A stretch of 64,000 bases of DNA from an uncultured Phycisphaerales bacterium (GTDB lineage Bacteria > Planctomycetota > Phycisphaerae > Sedimentisphaerales > Anaerobacaceae): the NCBI GenBank assembly GCA_963718665.1, contig OY970359.1, positions 64,001-128,000 on the forward strand, read 5' to 3'. This document shows, one piece after another, positions 1 through 9,894 of the stretch. The notes under the pieces were generated by a model. That model was given only the letters and a program-made list of their open reading frames with translations. It had not been told where the DNA came from and did no database searches. The stretch's first letter is position 1. The number at the start of each line of letters is the position of its first letter. The position numbers and the translations under genes were made by a program.

Positions 1-2054
1 GCCAACTTTCTGCCGAGTTCGAGCAGTATCGAGCGCATAGATGCTATTAGCTTTATGGCTTCACTTTTGATGTTCTCGCGAAATGCCGAACCATACTGAG
101 CGCGAACGAGCAGATGATTGAAAACAGCCCGCTTGACAGGATTGGTGAGTTTTCGACGGCAGTTCTGCGCAAGTTGTTCACGCTCGGCGGCAATGCGCTT
201 ATGGTTTTCAAGTGGATTGGTTCTGTCCATAGAGCCGAGGTAACTACGAATAAGGCCGAGGATATAATCGGGTGTTTCGGCCCACCGCCGGTTATAAAGC
301 TCGATCTCGCCGCGGCAGTGGTGTCCATGGGCCTTCATAAAGCGGTTCCAGTCAATTAGAAACTCCTTACCTGAGGAGCTTTTGGTAAGTCCCTCGTGCA
401 AAATGTCCCATCCGGCATTCGATTGAATCAATTCCTTTAGGGCAGGGCTATCGTTAACTTTCGCAGCCAGCCGCCAAAGGTCGAAACCGGCTTCTGCGTC
501 TTCCATATTGCCCAGGCCTGCGAGCAACCTTCCTGCACATGACTGTTCATCGGGAAGCCATCTCTTGCATATAATTTTGAGGATTGGGAAATAGACCATC
601 CAGTAAAACATGGGAAGTATTTTTTTGATGATTCCCTGAAGGTCTGTAACGGCATCCATCAGGCAGTCAGCCAGCCGTTCGGCGGACAAGCCGGAAATAT
701 CGAGACAGGCCCATTTTTCATTCATATTCCTAATGTTGGCGAGAACGGACTGGGATTTGCGGCTTGTATTGCAGAGCATAGATGCCGTTAGCAAAGGCAA
801 TCTCAGAAGGAACTTCACGCGGTTGCGCTTGATTTTGGGCAGGTCTTCCGCTGGTGTATTTTTTAGTTTTTCAATTAGTTGTGCCAATTCCGGCTCGCTT
901 CCGGCAAATTCACTCCAGTCCAGGTTTCTTGTAATCCTGAATTGCTTTGTTACAGCGGCCCAGAAGCCGACATTAAAGTACACCCGGCCGGCAATCAGGT
1001 CGTATGCCCGGATGTTACCTTTATCGATGCACAGCACGTCAAAGATAAAATCGAATTGGTTATCTGTAAGGAACCCAAGCATCCAGAATGTGGCCGGCGT
1101 CACCACATCAGGCAATACCTCCTTCGCAGCAAAACTGGCCCATATTTGCTTCTCTTCCCGGGATTTTGCTCTCGGTATGGTTGTGATGGGTCTGGACTGA
1201 AGCAGAAAAATCTTGTCCTGGTGAATCGCCCATTCGATGTCCTGGGGACAGCCGAATTCGTTCTCGGCTTTTATGGCGAGCTTCGCGAGCTTTTGGGCCG
1301 TCTGGTCGTTTATACAAGGGGCAGTCATCGAACGTGAAATAACATTCGGCCCCTTCTTGTCCATAACAACACAGTCAGGAGAGACCCTGCCTGAAACAAG
1401 AACGTCACCGAGACCAAAACAGGCCTCAATAACAATACGATTATTGTCACCGGTAATAGGATCAGAAGTGAACAGAACACCGGAGACATCTGCCGCAATA
1501 AGCGACTGGACAATTACGGCCATTTTTACTTTCCGATGGTCGAAGTTGTTTTTCTGCCGATACATAAACGCACGTTCCGTCCACAATGAGGCCCAGCATT
1601 TTTTTATGGCAGTCAGGCAATCTTCGATGTTGGCAATTCCAAGGTATGTGTCATAGAGGCCTGCGAAGGAATGACCGGGCAGGTCTTCTGCGGTGGCCGA
1701 CGAGCGAACAGCCAAACTGTTGGCTGCGAGAGTATGGTAATACGATTCAATTTCAGCAGCAAGTGAGTCATCCATCGGTGATTCAATGATAGCCCTGCGC
1801 ACATCAGCCAGGGGTTTGGCAATGTCGAAGCTTTCAGACCTGCTTAGCAATAGAAGAGCTTCATCAATCATCGCCTTGCCAATATGTAACCTGTATGAGT
1901 TGGCGGCAATACAGAAGGCGTCAGGGACAGGTAAACCTATGCGTTTAAGACGCCAAAGACCGACCGCTTTTGCCCCAACAATTGGTTGGTCGGAGTTCGT
2001 AATGCCGTCCAAAGGTATAATTAATAATCTATTGTGCTTCATCTTTTCCGGCAT
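1..2054 (-). CDS. PEP/pyruvate-binding (PPDK_N) domain protein, PEP synthase / rifampicin phosphotransferase-like; runs off the window start (3' partial)
   Basis: Absent from the ORF track because there is no stop in the window. Manual reverse-strand translation of sampled stretches gives MPEKMKHNR...VGAKAVGL...LAVRSSATAEDLPGHSFAGLYDTYL...MAVIVQ...DIEWAIHQDKIFLLQSRPITT, and the same frame still reads RENIKSEAIKLIASMRSILLELGRKL at the window edge. Alternative start at 2042. Confidence 0.88.
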   Translation of the reverse strand, partial: MPEKMKHNRLLIIPLDGITNSDQPIVGAKAVGLWRLKRIGLPVPDAFCIAANSYRLHIGKAMIDEALLLLSRSESFDIAKPLADVRRAIIESPMDDSLAAEIESYYHTLAANSLAVRSSATAEDLPGHSFAGLYDTYLGIANIEDCLTAIKKCWASLWTERAFMYRQKNNFDHRKVKMAVIVQSLIAADVSGVLFTSDPITGDNNRIVIEACFGLGDVLVSGRVSPDCVVMDKKGPNVISRSMTAPCINDQTAQKLAKLAIKAENEFGCPQDIEWAIHQDKIFLLQSRPITTIPRAKSREEKQIWASFAAKEVLPDVVTPATFWMLGFLTDNQFDFIFDVLCIDKGNIRAYDLIAGRVYFNVGFWAAVTKQFRITRNLDWSEFAGSEPELAQLIEKLKNTPAEDLPKIKRNRVKFLLRLPLLTASMLCNTSRKSQSVLANIRNMNEKWACLDISGLSAERLADCLMDAVTDLQGIIKKILPMFYWMVYFPILKIICKRWLPDEQSCAGRLLAGLGNMEDAEAGFDLWRLAAKVNDSPALKELIQSNAGWDILHEGLTKSSSGKEFLIDWNRFMKAHGHHCRGEIELYNRRWAETPDYILGLIRSYLGSMDRTNPLENHKRIAAEREQLAQNCRRKLTNPVKRAVFNHLLVRAQYGSAFRENIKSEAIKLIASMRSILLELGRKL

Positions 2055-2231
2055 CCACTATAGCACTTAAGGACCATAATGGCAAAAGTACAATCAGGGA
2101 ATCAGTCTGATAAATCAGAGGATTTTTTTGCACTTTTTTTCGTAGCGAATGCGATAAGCTTGGTATAAAATCTGATGCTGAGCGTGTAATCAGAAAACCG
2201 GAATTGAAAGCGATATTTTTCGGAGGGCAAT

Positions 2232-2864
2232 ATGAGCAAGGTACTGTACATCAAGGCGTCGCCGATGAAGGAACGGTCAAATTCAATCGCGGCGGCAGAT
2301 GCGTTCGTCGAGGCATACAAGAAATCACATCCCAAAGACCAAGTAAAAACAATCGACCTGTTTTCAGCAAAGCTGCCTGAATTCGATTTTGTTGCTGCCT
2401 CCGGCAAATACAAGATTATGCGAGGCAAACCACACAGCCCCGAAGAAAAGCAGGCGTGGGATAAGGTTGTCGTGACAATCGCGGAATTCAAGGACGCAGA
2501 CAAATACGTGCTGGCAGTTCCTATGTGGAATTTCTCGATACCCTACCGGCTAAAGCAGTATTTTGACATAATCGCCCAGCCAGGCCTGACTTTCACCGTC
2601 GATTCATTGGGCAATTACAAAGGATTAGTTACCGGCAAGCCCGTATTCGTTGCTTACGCCAGCGGCGGCGATTATCCGGTCGGTACTCCCGCAGAGGCGT
2701 TTGACCTTCAGAAAAAATATATCGGGCTGATACTGGGCTTTATGGGGCTGACCGATATTCGCTCGGTGGTTGTTGCGCCGACGCTTGCGGGCGGCCCCGA
2801 AGTCGCCGAGCAAAAGCGAAACGTCGCGATTGAAAAAGCAAAACAAATGGCCAGCGAGTTCTGA
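2232..2864 (+). CDS. azoR: FMN-dependent NADH-azoreductase
   Basis: MSKVLYIKASP...S; ADKYVLAVPMWNFSIPYRLKQYFD; ASGG motif; GGAGG ribosome-binding site upstream. Confidence 0.9.
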   Translation: MSKVLYIKASPMKERSNSIAAADAFVEAYKKSHPKDQVKTIDLFSAKLPEFDFVAASGKYKIMRGKPHSPEEKQAWDKVVVTIAEFKDADKYVLAVPMWNFSIPYRLKQYFDIIAQPGLTFTVDSLGNYKGLVTGKPVFVAYASGGDYPVGTPAEAFDLQKKYIGLILGFMGLTDIRSVVVAPTLAGGPEVAEQKRNVAIEKAKQMASEF

Positions 2865-2867
2865 GCG

Positions 2868-4892
2868 TTAAGTGGTAACCAGCAGGTATGCCCGTATCAG
2901 TTCCGCAACGCTCCACGCCTGGGCGAAGCACCCTTTCGGCCTTTGCGGCTCGTTGCCGTCGAATATCTCGCAGATGCTGCCTATGCAGCCGTCGCCGGTG
3001 AGATTGGCCAGCAATGGCCTGATGAAATTCGCCGCGTTTTTTTTGGTATCGATACCGGAACCGTTCACCTTCAGATACGCCTCCACAAACGGCCCTATAA
3101 GGTAAGGCCACACAGTCCCCTGGTGATAGGCGCTATCTCGCTGGGACTGAGGCCCCGTGTATTGCCCCTGATACCTTTTGTCATCAGGCGACAAAGTTCG
3201 CAGGCCGAACGGCGTCAAAAGTTTTTCCTCGACGATACGCACCACCCCTTTTTGCTGTAACAGGGGCAGCGGCGAAAACGGCAGCGACACTGCGAATATC
3301 TGGTTGGGTCTAAGCGTCGCGTCAGCCGTCCCGTCAGGAAGGATACAGTCGTTCAACCAGCCCCACGACTGGTTCCAGAATATTTTGCAGAAATTCTCCC
3401 TGACTATTTCCGCCCTTGACCGCACAGTATTAAACAGTTGATTGTCATTGCTGTCAGTCAAATATCGTGAAAGCAGCATAAGCGCGTTATACCACAGCGC
3501 GTTGATTTCCACGGGCTTGCCGTATCTCGGCGTAAACACAATCCCGTTGAATTTGGCGTCCATCCACGTAAGCTGCGTGCTCGCGTCGCCTGCCGTTATC
3601 AGGCCGTCGGCGTCGGCATGAATTCCGAATTGCGTCCCGTGCTGATAAGAATTGACAATCGAAATAACAACAGGCAAAAGCTCCTCACGGAAAGTCCGGC
3701 GATCGCCCGAAGCATTGAGATACGCGAAGGCCGCATTTATAAACCACAGTGATGCATCCACGCTGTTAAAGTGGACCGCGCTGGAATAGTCATCGAATCG
3801 GCTTGGTATCATACCGTTTGAAGCAGCTTTAGCAAAGGTAACAAGAACGGATTTCGCCTCGTCGAATCTGCGCGTCGCCAGCAGCAAACCAGGCAATGAT
3901 ATGAACGCATCCCTGCCCCAGTCCGCAAACCACGGGAAACCCGCTAATATAGTTGACATCGCCGTCTCGCCAAGGTTGCGTTTTGCAATAAACTGGTCTG
4001 CCGCAAGATAAAGCGTCTCAAGTGTTTTATCATTCTTCGCCTGCTGAATTACTTCGTTCTGGTGCCCTGATAGCTGTCCTATGACCTGTTCGATATCAGG
4101 CAAAACAAATTTATCCGCCGTAGCGGACGTCTCAGGCCCGCTGAGGTTCGCCCACAAAACCAGCTTTTTCGGCGAATCAATATGATACCTGAAAAACCCA
4201 GGCGTAAACAAATCCTCTGTAAAATCCTGTCCCCTTTCCCTGTCCGCCCGGTACAGGAATTTATACCACCACTGCGGATTCTCTCCAAAGACCGCTTCCC
4301 GGCAGTTTATCAGCAACCGACACGAGCCGGGTATGTCGTGACTAATCAGCAGTCCATCCGCCGCCAACCGGGTCTTAATGTGCACATCCGATTTCTGCAG
4401 CGAATGAAAATCACGCAGTCCTACAATCGGCCTAACCGTAAAATCAACCGGCTTCGGAACTTCATCGAACGAATAAACCACCCCCACCGTGTCCTCATCC
4501 TGCAGCAGGTACACCGATTTTGTCAGCTTCAGGTCGCCGAATCGGTAATGAAAATGAGCGCCGATATCCCTGCTGAATCGTTTTAGCCGGATATACCCGT
4601 CCGGCGAAATCTTGTCCGGGAATTCTATCGTGCCTAAATGAAACTCCGCGGGTCCCCAGTATATCGTCTCAAAGCAGCTGGACAGCGCCATTATTCTGTT
4701 CGCCGGCGGCGTAAGTGTGCCCGTCAGCAAACCGTGATACCGTCTCGTATTGCACCCGATAATTGTCGAAGAAGAAAACCCCCCGCGACTGTTGGATAGA
4801 AACCACTCCTTCTCCAGCAGATTTTCAAGCGGTATTTCCGTAGTATCCACCGAGATACTGATGTATCTGTTTTTTTGCTGCATCATAAGCAT
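2868..4892 (-). CDS. Glycogen debranching enzyme (amylo-alpha-1,6-glucosidase with N-terminal GDE domain)
   Basis: EWFLSNSRGGFSSST..NTRRYHGLL; AGFPWFADWGRDAFISLPG; QLTWMDAK; LRPNQ; AYHQGTVWPYL; AQAWSVAE. The start may be a few codons downstream. Confidence 0.93.
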   Translation of the reverse strand: MLMMQQKNRYISISVDTTEIPLENLLEKEWFLSNSRGGFSSSTIIGCNTRRYHGLLTGTLTPPANRIMALSSCFETIYWGPAEFHLGTIEFPDKISPDGYIRLKRFSRDIGAHFHYRFGDLKLTKSVYLLQDEDTVGVVYSFDEVPKPVDFTVRPIVGLRDFHSLQKSDVHIKTRLAADGLLISHDIPGSCRLLINCREAVFGENPQWWYKFLYRADRERGQDFTEDLFTPGFFRYHIDSPKKLVLWANLSGPETSATADKFVLPDIEQVIGQLSGHQNEVIQQAKNDKTLETLYLAADQFIAKRNLGETAMSTILAGFPWFADWGRDAFISLPGLLLATRRFDEAKSVLVTFAKAASNGMIPSRFDDYSSAVHFNSVDASLWFINAAFAYLNASGDRRTFREELLPVVISIVNSYQHGTQFGIHADADGLITAGDASTQLTWMDAKFNGIVFTPRYGKPVEINALWYNALMLLSRYLTDSNDNQLFNTVRSRAEIVRENFCKIFWNQSWGWLNDCILPDGTADATLRPNQIFAVSLPFSPLPLLQQKGVVRIVEEKLLTPFGLRTLSPDDKRYQGQYTGPQSQRDSAYHQGTVWPYLIGPFVEAYLKVNGSGIDTKKNAANFIRPLLANLTGDGCIGSICEIFDGNEPQRPKGCFAQAWSVAELIRAYLLVTT

Positions 4893-5015
4893 AGTATTTC
4901 CCTGTACGATTACATCGTCCTTTGGGCCGATTATAATTTAATCTCATTTCTGCCCTGATGAATGCGCAATTTGCGGCCATATCGAACAAATGGGGCATAA
5001 AAATGTGGCCTATGA

Positions 5016-5621
5016 TTATTCCAGCGGTTGTCTGGCGGTGATGGCATCGGAGAGCATACGGGAGTTGGCGTATTCGAGAGTTGTGCCGGTGGCGAGGCCT
5101 CGGGCGAGGCGTGTGATTTTGACGCCTGTGCCCTTGAGGAGCGAGCTGATATAAAGCGCGGTGCCGTCGCCGACCATATTGGGATTGGTTGCCATAATAA
5201 TCTCCTCCACCCCCCCCGCTTTGACACGCTCGATGAGTTTATCAATGGTGAGGTCCGCCGGCTCAATGCCGTCTAAGGGCGCGATATGTCCGCCCAGGAC
5301 GTGGTAAACCCATTTGCACTGGCCTGTTTTTTCAAGAACGATTACATCTTTGGGCTGTTCGACGACGCATATCCTGCTTTTATCACGGCGTGTGTCGGAG
5401 CAGATTGGGCAGGTTTCGGTTTCAGCGAAGTTGTAGCAGGTTTTGCACTGCTTGACTTTAGTTTTGACGTCGCTTATGGCCTGGGCGAGAGCGAGGGCAT
5501 CGGCGGGTTTCGATTTGAGGATATGGAAGGCCAGCCGTTCGGCGGTCTTCGAGCCGATACCCGGAAGGCGAGCCAATTCCTCAATCAGTTTGTTAACGGT
5601 TTCAGTATAGCCAGTCGTCAT
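5016..5621 (-). CDS. recR: Recombination mediator RecR
   Basis: HhH motif LPGIGSKTAERLAF, CxxC..CxxC zinc finger, Toprim CVVE...YHVLGG...ATNP..GDGTA...TRLARG. Confidence 0.97.
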   Translation of the reverse strand: MTTGYTETVNKLIEELARLPGIGSKTAERLAFHILKSKPADALALAQAISDVKTKVKQCKTCYNFAETETCPICSDTRRDKSRICVVEQPKDVIVLEKTGQCKWVYHVLGGHIAPLDGIEPADLTIDKLIERVKAGGVEEIIMATNPNMVGDGTALYISSLLKGTGVKITRLARGLATGTTLEYANSRMLSDAITARQPLE

Positions 5622-5630
5622 AATTCAATT

Positions 5631-5655
5631 CGGCGGGGTCGAACCCCGCCCTACA
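5631..5655 (-). repeat. GTAG-type REP-like palindrome (TGTAGGGCGGGGTTCGACCCCGCCG)
   Basis: GTAG tetranucleotide followed by a GGCGGGG/CCCCGCC hairpin. A near-identical copy lies at 46687-46710. Confidence 0.7.
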
Positions 5656-5736
5656 TATAAATATCAACGCAAAGATTTTATCATGAAGACACAAAGACGC
5701 AAAGTCATTTATGATTTATTGTCTCGAAGCAGTGTC

Positions 5737-5771
5737 TTGCAAAACTAACGACATTCTAATAAAATTCTAAC
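5737..5771 (+). promoter_or_regulatory. Sigma-70-like promoter of the pst operon overlapped by three 11-bp-period direct repeats (Pho-box-like)
   Basis: TTGCAA(5737)-N17-TAAAAT(5760). CTAAC/CTAAT/CTAAC occur at 5745, 5756 and 5767. Confidence 0.6.
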
Positions 5772-5774
5772 ACG

Positions 5775-6656
5775 ATGAAGAAACTTTTGGTTTTAACAAC
5801 TCTCTTGTTACTGATTGGGGCTGTAGGGTGCAAGGATTCAGTGGACCCTAACGAGCCCGTTGGTTTTATTCAGGTTAAAGGGTCGGATACGATAGTCAAC
5901 GCAGCACAGGAGGTAGCTGAGGAGTTTATGAAGGATTACCCGCACGTCTTTGTGGCGGTTACGGGCGGGGGCAGCGGAGTGGGAATAGCGTCGCTCATCA
6001 ATAAGACCTGCGACGTGGCAACGGCATCACGCGAAATGAAACCAAAGGAAATAGAGGTCGCGCTCAAGCACGGCGTAACACCCAAAGAATTCACGGTGGC
6101 ATACGATGGCGTAGCCCTGATAGTCAACAAAGACAACCCGGTCGATAAACTGACCATCGAGGATTTGCATAAGATATTTACGGGCAAAGCCAAAAACTGG
6201 AAGGAATTCGGGGGCAAAGACCTCGGTATAGTAACGCTATCTCGCGAAGTAAGTTCTGGCACGCATATGTACTTCAAGGAAGAAGTTGTCCAATTAGGCA
6301 AAAAGGGAAGCACGGAGGAGTTTTCCAATGAAACGCTGCTGTTATCTTCGTCGCAGGCAATAGTTGAAGAGGTGGCGGCGAACGAGTCGGCCATCGGATA
6401 CTTGGGGATGGGTTATACGTCGGAGCGGACGAAATCGCTGGCGATAAGCAACGGGAAGGAATATTATCTGCCCGATGTGGATAACGTTATGAAAAAGAAA
6501 TACCCGCTTTCACGCGGATTGTACTTTTATACTGACGGTGAGCCAAACGGCATAAAGAAGCTGTTTATCGATTTCGCGATGGGGTCAAAGGGACAGGAAC
6601 GGTTCAAGGCAACGGGTTTTGTGCCCGTGGGAGATACTGTTGTCGAAAAGAATTAG
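5775..6656 (+). CDS. pstS: Phosphate ABC transporter substrate-binding lipoprotein
   Basis: Lipobox AVGC; KGSDT, TGGGSGVGI, ASREMK, REVSSGT, YPLSRGLY. Confidence 0.95.
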   Translation: MKKLLVLTTLLLLIGAVGCKDSVDPNEPVGFIQVKGSDTIVNAAQEVAEEFMKDYPHVFVAVTGGGSGVGIASLINKTCDVATASREMKPKEIEVALKHGVTPKEFTVAYDGVALIVNKDNPVDKLTIEDLHKIFTGKAKNWKEFGGKDLGIVTLSREVSSGTHMYFKEEVVQLGKKGSTEEFSNETLLLSSSQAIVEEVAANESAIGYLGMGYTSERTKSLAISNGKEYYLPDVDNVMKKKYPLSRGLYFYTDGEPNGIKKLFIDFAMGSKGQERFKATGFVPVGDTVVEKN

Positions 6657-7509
6657 CGAGTTCGTTATCGAGGGGTGCATCAAGCTAAGCGGGCTTGTCG
6701 TAATTCTTTTTGTCGCTTCGATATTCCTGTTTTTACTCAAAGACGCCCTTTCGCTGTTCGGGGTGTACCACATACGTGATTTCCTGTTCGGGAAAAGCTG
6801 GCTGCCTATATCGGAGCCGCCGAAATTCGGAATGGTCCCCCTGCTGTTAGGTTCGCTCTACGTTACTCTTGGCGCAATTGTTATTTGTGTCCCCTTAGGC
6901 GTATGTTCGGCGATGTTCATTGCTGAAGTTGCTCCGACACACCTCAAGCACGTTCTGAAGTCGCTTGTTGAAATTTTGGCGGCGATACCGAGCGTGGTTC
7001 TGGGATTCATCGGCATCGTTTGGCTTGGGCCTTTTCTGCGAAATACCTTCGGGCTTAGCACGGGTATGTGCGGGCTTACGGGAAGCTTGTTATTGGCGTT
7101 TATGGCGTTGCCGACGGTTATAAGCATATCGGAGGACGCTCTGGTGGGTGTGCCGAAGGCGTTCAAGGAAGCGGCATACGGTCTTGGGGCGACGCGGTGG
7201 CAGGCGCTTTGGCGGATTGTATTGCCGGCGGCATCATCGGGTATTATCGCGGCGGTGATGCTTGGCATAGGCAGGGTCATCGGCGAGACAATGGTGGTGA
7301 TGATGGTTACGGGCAATTCGCCTGTGATGCCTAAGTCGCTTTTGCAGCCATTGCGGACGCTGACGGCGACGATAGCGGGCGAGATGGGCGAGACGGTGGC
7401 GGGTTCGGAGCATTACTTCGCGTTATTCGCGGTTGGTCTGATACTTTTCATAATAACATTCATAATCAATTTCATCGCTGATATTTGTCTGCGAAGGGCA
7501 AGGAAATGA
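6640..7509 (+). CDS. pstC: Phosphate ABC transporter permease PstC
   Basis: LAAIPSVVLG, EAA loop EAAYGLGATRWQ, GRVIGETM. TTG start at 6640 follows GGAG. Confidence 0.94.
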   Translation: MSKRISEFVIEGCIKLSGLVVILFVASIFLFLLKDALSLFGVYHIRDFLFGKSWLPISEPPKFGMVPLLLGSLYVTLGAIVICVPLGVCSAMFIAEVAPTHLKHVLKSLVEILAAIPSVVLGFIGIVWLGPFLRNTFGLSTGMCGLTGSLLLAFMALPTVISISEDALVGVPKAFKEAAYGLGATRWQALWRIVLPAASSGIIAAVMLGIGRVIGETMVVMMVTGNSPVMPKSLLQPLRTLTATIAGEMGETVAGSEHYFALFAVGLILFIITFIINFIADICLRRARK

Positions 7510-8354
7510 ACGCCGCAAGAGTACGGGAAAAAATCGCGTTCACGATACTGGGCTTAATCACGCTGCTGATTGTGCTGCCGATTATACTGACGATTTTCTA
7601 CGTGGTGAAAAACGGCGCCGGCGCGGTAAGCTGGGAGTTTTTGACCCAGTCGCCACGACACGGGATGAGAGAAGGCGGGATATTCCCCGCGATAATCGGC
7701 ACGATAGTTCTGATAATCGGCACGATGTTGTTTTCGCTGCCCCTGGGGATACTGTCGGCCATATACCTTGTCGAATATGCGAAGGATAATCTGTTTACCC
7801 GGCTGATAAAGCTGTCGGTGGTAAATCTTTCGGGGATACCGTCTATTGTTTACGGATTGTTCGGGTTTACGCTGTTCGTGGTGTTTCTCAATTTCGGGAC
7901 CTCGATATTAGCCGGCTCATTGACGCTGGCGATTATGAGTTTGCCAGTGATTATCACCGCGACAAAGGAGGCGCTGGAATCGGTGCCCTTCGCTTACAGG
8001 GAAATCAGTTTGTCGCTTGGGGCAACGAAATGGCAGACAATTCGATATTGTGTGCTGCCATACTCGATACCGGGGATACTTACGGGGACGGTCTTGAGCT
8101 TGAGCAGGGCCGCAGGAGAAACAGCCCCGATATTGTTCACGGTAGCGGCATTTTACCTGCCTCGCCTGCCTCATTCGATTTTTGACCAGGTTATGACGCT
8201 GCCCTATCATTTGTATGTTATATCGACGCAGGTGCCGAATATGCCCGCGAGGTTGAGTTTCGCAACCGGTCTTGTGCTGATAGGGCTGGTGTTTTTGATG
8301 AATTTAGTCAGCATAATCCTTCGAGCGCACTACAGGAAGAAGAAGCAATGGTAG
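7506..8354 (+). CDS. pstA: Phosphate ABC transporter permease PstA
   Basis: GGIFPAIIGT, LSGIPSIVYGLFG, RAAGETAP; ATGA overlap with the pstC stop. Confidence 0.94.
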   Translation: MNAARVREKIAFTILGLITLLIVLPIILTIFYVVKNGAGAVSWEFLTQSPRHGMREGGIFPAIIGTIVLIIGTMLFSLPLGILSAIYLVEYAKDNLFTRLIKLSVVNLSGIPSIVYGLFGFTLFVVFLNFGTSILAGSLTLAIMSLPVIITATKEALESVPFAYREISLSLGATKWQTIRYCVLPYSIPGILTGTVLSLSRAAGETAPILFTVAAFYLPRLPHSIFDQVMTLPYHLYVISTQVPNMPARLSFATGLVLIGLVFLMNLVSIILRAHYRKKKQW

Positions 8355-9103
8355 CCGAGGCAGTAATAAAAACTGTTAATCTCAAATGCTCGTTCGGCGA
8401 AGCGACGGCTTTAACGAATCTCAATATTGATATTCGCGCAAACGAGATTCTGGGCATAATCGGGCCTTCTAACAGCGGCAAGACGACGTTTCTGCGTGCG
8501 CTCAACCGGCTCAATTACTTAAACACATCATACAGGCAATCAGGCGAGATAATTTTCGAGGGCAAAAACATCAGCCAGATAAACGACAGCATATTGCGGA
8601 AGAAAATCGGAATCATATTCGCCCTGCCGCAGGTGCTGCCGATAAGTATTTTCCATAACGTGGCATACGGGCCGAAGGTCCACGGTGTGAAAGATAAATC
8701 AAAAGTGACCGAAATGGTCGAGAAAGCCCTGAAAAAGGCGTATCTTTGGGATGAGGTTAAGGACCGGCTGGATTTGTCGGCGACGCGGCTTTCGGGCGGC
8801 CAGCAACAGCGATTGTGCATCGCCAGAACACTGGCGGTAGAGCCGGACGTAATATTATATGATGAGCCGTGTTCGGGGCTTGACCCTATTTCGACCGCCA
8901 AGGTCGAGGACGCGATGCGGGAATTGAAAAAGGACTACACGCAGATATTAGTGACAAACAACACCAAGCAGGCAGCAAGAGTCAGTGAACGCTGCGGATT
9001 TTTCCTTATGGGAGACCTCGTCGAGATAGACGAAACCGAAGAAATGTTCACCAACCCGAAAGACAAACGCACCGACGACTATATAACCGGAAGATTCGGC
9101 TAA
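8348..9103 (+). CDS. pstB: Phosphate ABC transporter ATP-binding protein, copy 1 (degenerate Q-loop and H-switch)
   Basis: GPSNSGKTT, LSGGQQQRLCIAR, YDEPCSGLDPIST, C-terminal YITGRFG. Confidence 0.92.
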   Translation: MVAEAVIKTVNLKCSFGEATALTNLNIDIRANEILGIIGPSNSGKTTFLRALNRLNYLNTSYRQSGEIIFEGKNISQINDSILRKKIGIIFALPQVLPISIFHNVAYGPKVHGVKDKSKVTEMVEKALKKAYLWDEVKDRLDLSATRLSGGQQQRLCIARTLAVEPDVILYDEPCSGLDPISTAKVEDAMRELKKDYTQILVTNNTKQAARVSERCGFFLMGDLVEIDETEEMFTNPKDKRTDDYITGRFG

Positions 9104-9110
9104 AAAAGAT

Positions 9111-9875
9111 ATGGACTTTGAGGCGAAAATATCGACGCAAAATCTGAACCTGTACTACGGGGAGTTTCTTGCCCTGAAGGATGTGCATATCAGGATTCCG
9201 GAACGCAACGTTACCGCAATAATAGGGCCTTCGGGGTGCGGGAAATCGACGCTTTTGCGGTGCTTCAACAGGATGAACGACCTCGTCGAGCAGATAAAAG
9301 TCGAGGGTAAGATTATTATCGAGGGGCAGGATATTATGGCCCCCGAGACGGATTTGATACATTTGCGCCGAAAAGTCGGGATGGTCTTCCAGAGACCGAA
9401 TGTTTTTGACCTGTCGATATACAACAACCTGCGATTCGGGCTGCGGATACACCGGCTGCTCAAAAACAACAACGACATTATGCAGGCGATTCAAAACGGC
9501 CTTGAGCACGTCAATCTGTGGAACGAATTAAAGGACAAACTGAGAAAAAACGCCCGTTCGCTGTCGTTGGAACAGCAGCAGCGATTATGTATCGCAAGAG
9601 TTTTGATACTGAAACCCGATATAATATTATTGGATGAACCATGCTCGGCGCTGGACCCGGTTTCAACGCTGAAAATTGAGGAATTGTTGCGCGTGCTGAA
9701 ACAGGAATATACGCTGGTGATAGTAACTCATAATATGCAGCAGGCGGCAAGGGCGTCGGACTATACTGGATTTTTGTATCTTGGTCAGTTAATCGAATTC
9801 GGCGAGACCGACCAGATTTTTACGAACCCCAAAGAGAAACTTACCGAAAATTATATTAGCGGCCATTTTGGCTGA
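9111..9875 (+). CDS. pstB: Phosphate ABC transporter ATP-binding protein, copy 2 (degenerate signature motif)
   Basis: GPSGCGKST, MVFQRPN, LSLEQQQR, LLDEPCSALDP, VTHNMQQA, YISGHFG. Confidence 0.93.
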   Translation: MDFEAKISTQNLNLYYGEFLALKDVHIRIPERNVTAIIGPSGCGKSTLLRCFNRMNDLVEQIKVEGKIIIEGQDIMAPETDLIHLRRKVGMVFQRPNVFDLSIYNNLRFGLRIHRLLKNNNDIMQAIQNGLEHVNLWNELKDKLRKNARSLSLEQQQRLCIARVLILKPDIILLDEPCSALDPVSTLKIEELLRVLKQEYTLVIVTHNMQQAARASDYTGFLYLGQLIEFGETDQIFTNPKEKLTENYISGHFG

Positions 9876-9894
9876 TTTGTCAGGGAGACAAAAA

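Noticed and set aside
53..2070. Numerous short ORFs in the track (114..359, 733..1200, 879..1337, 1237..1656 and others)
   Set aside because: They are shadows of the long minus-strand PPDK_N gene that the track missed.
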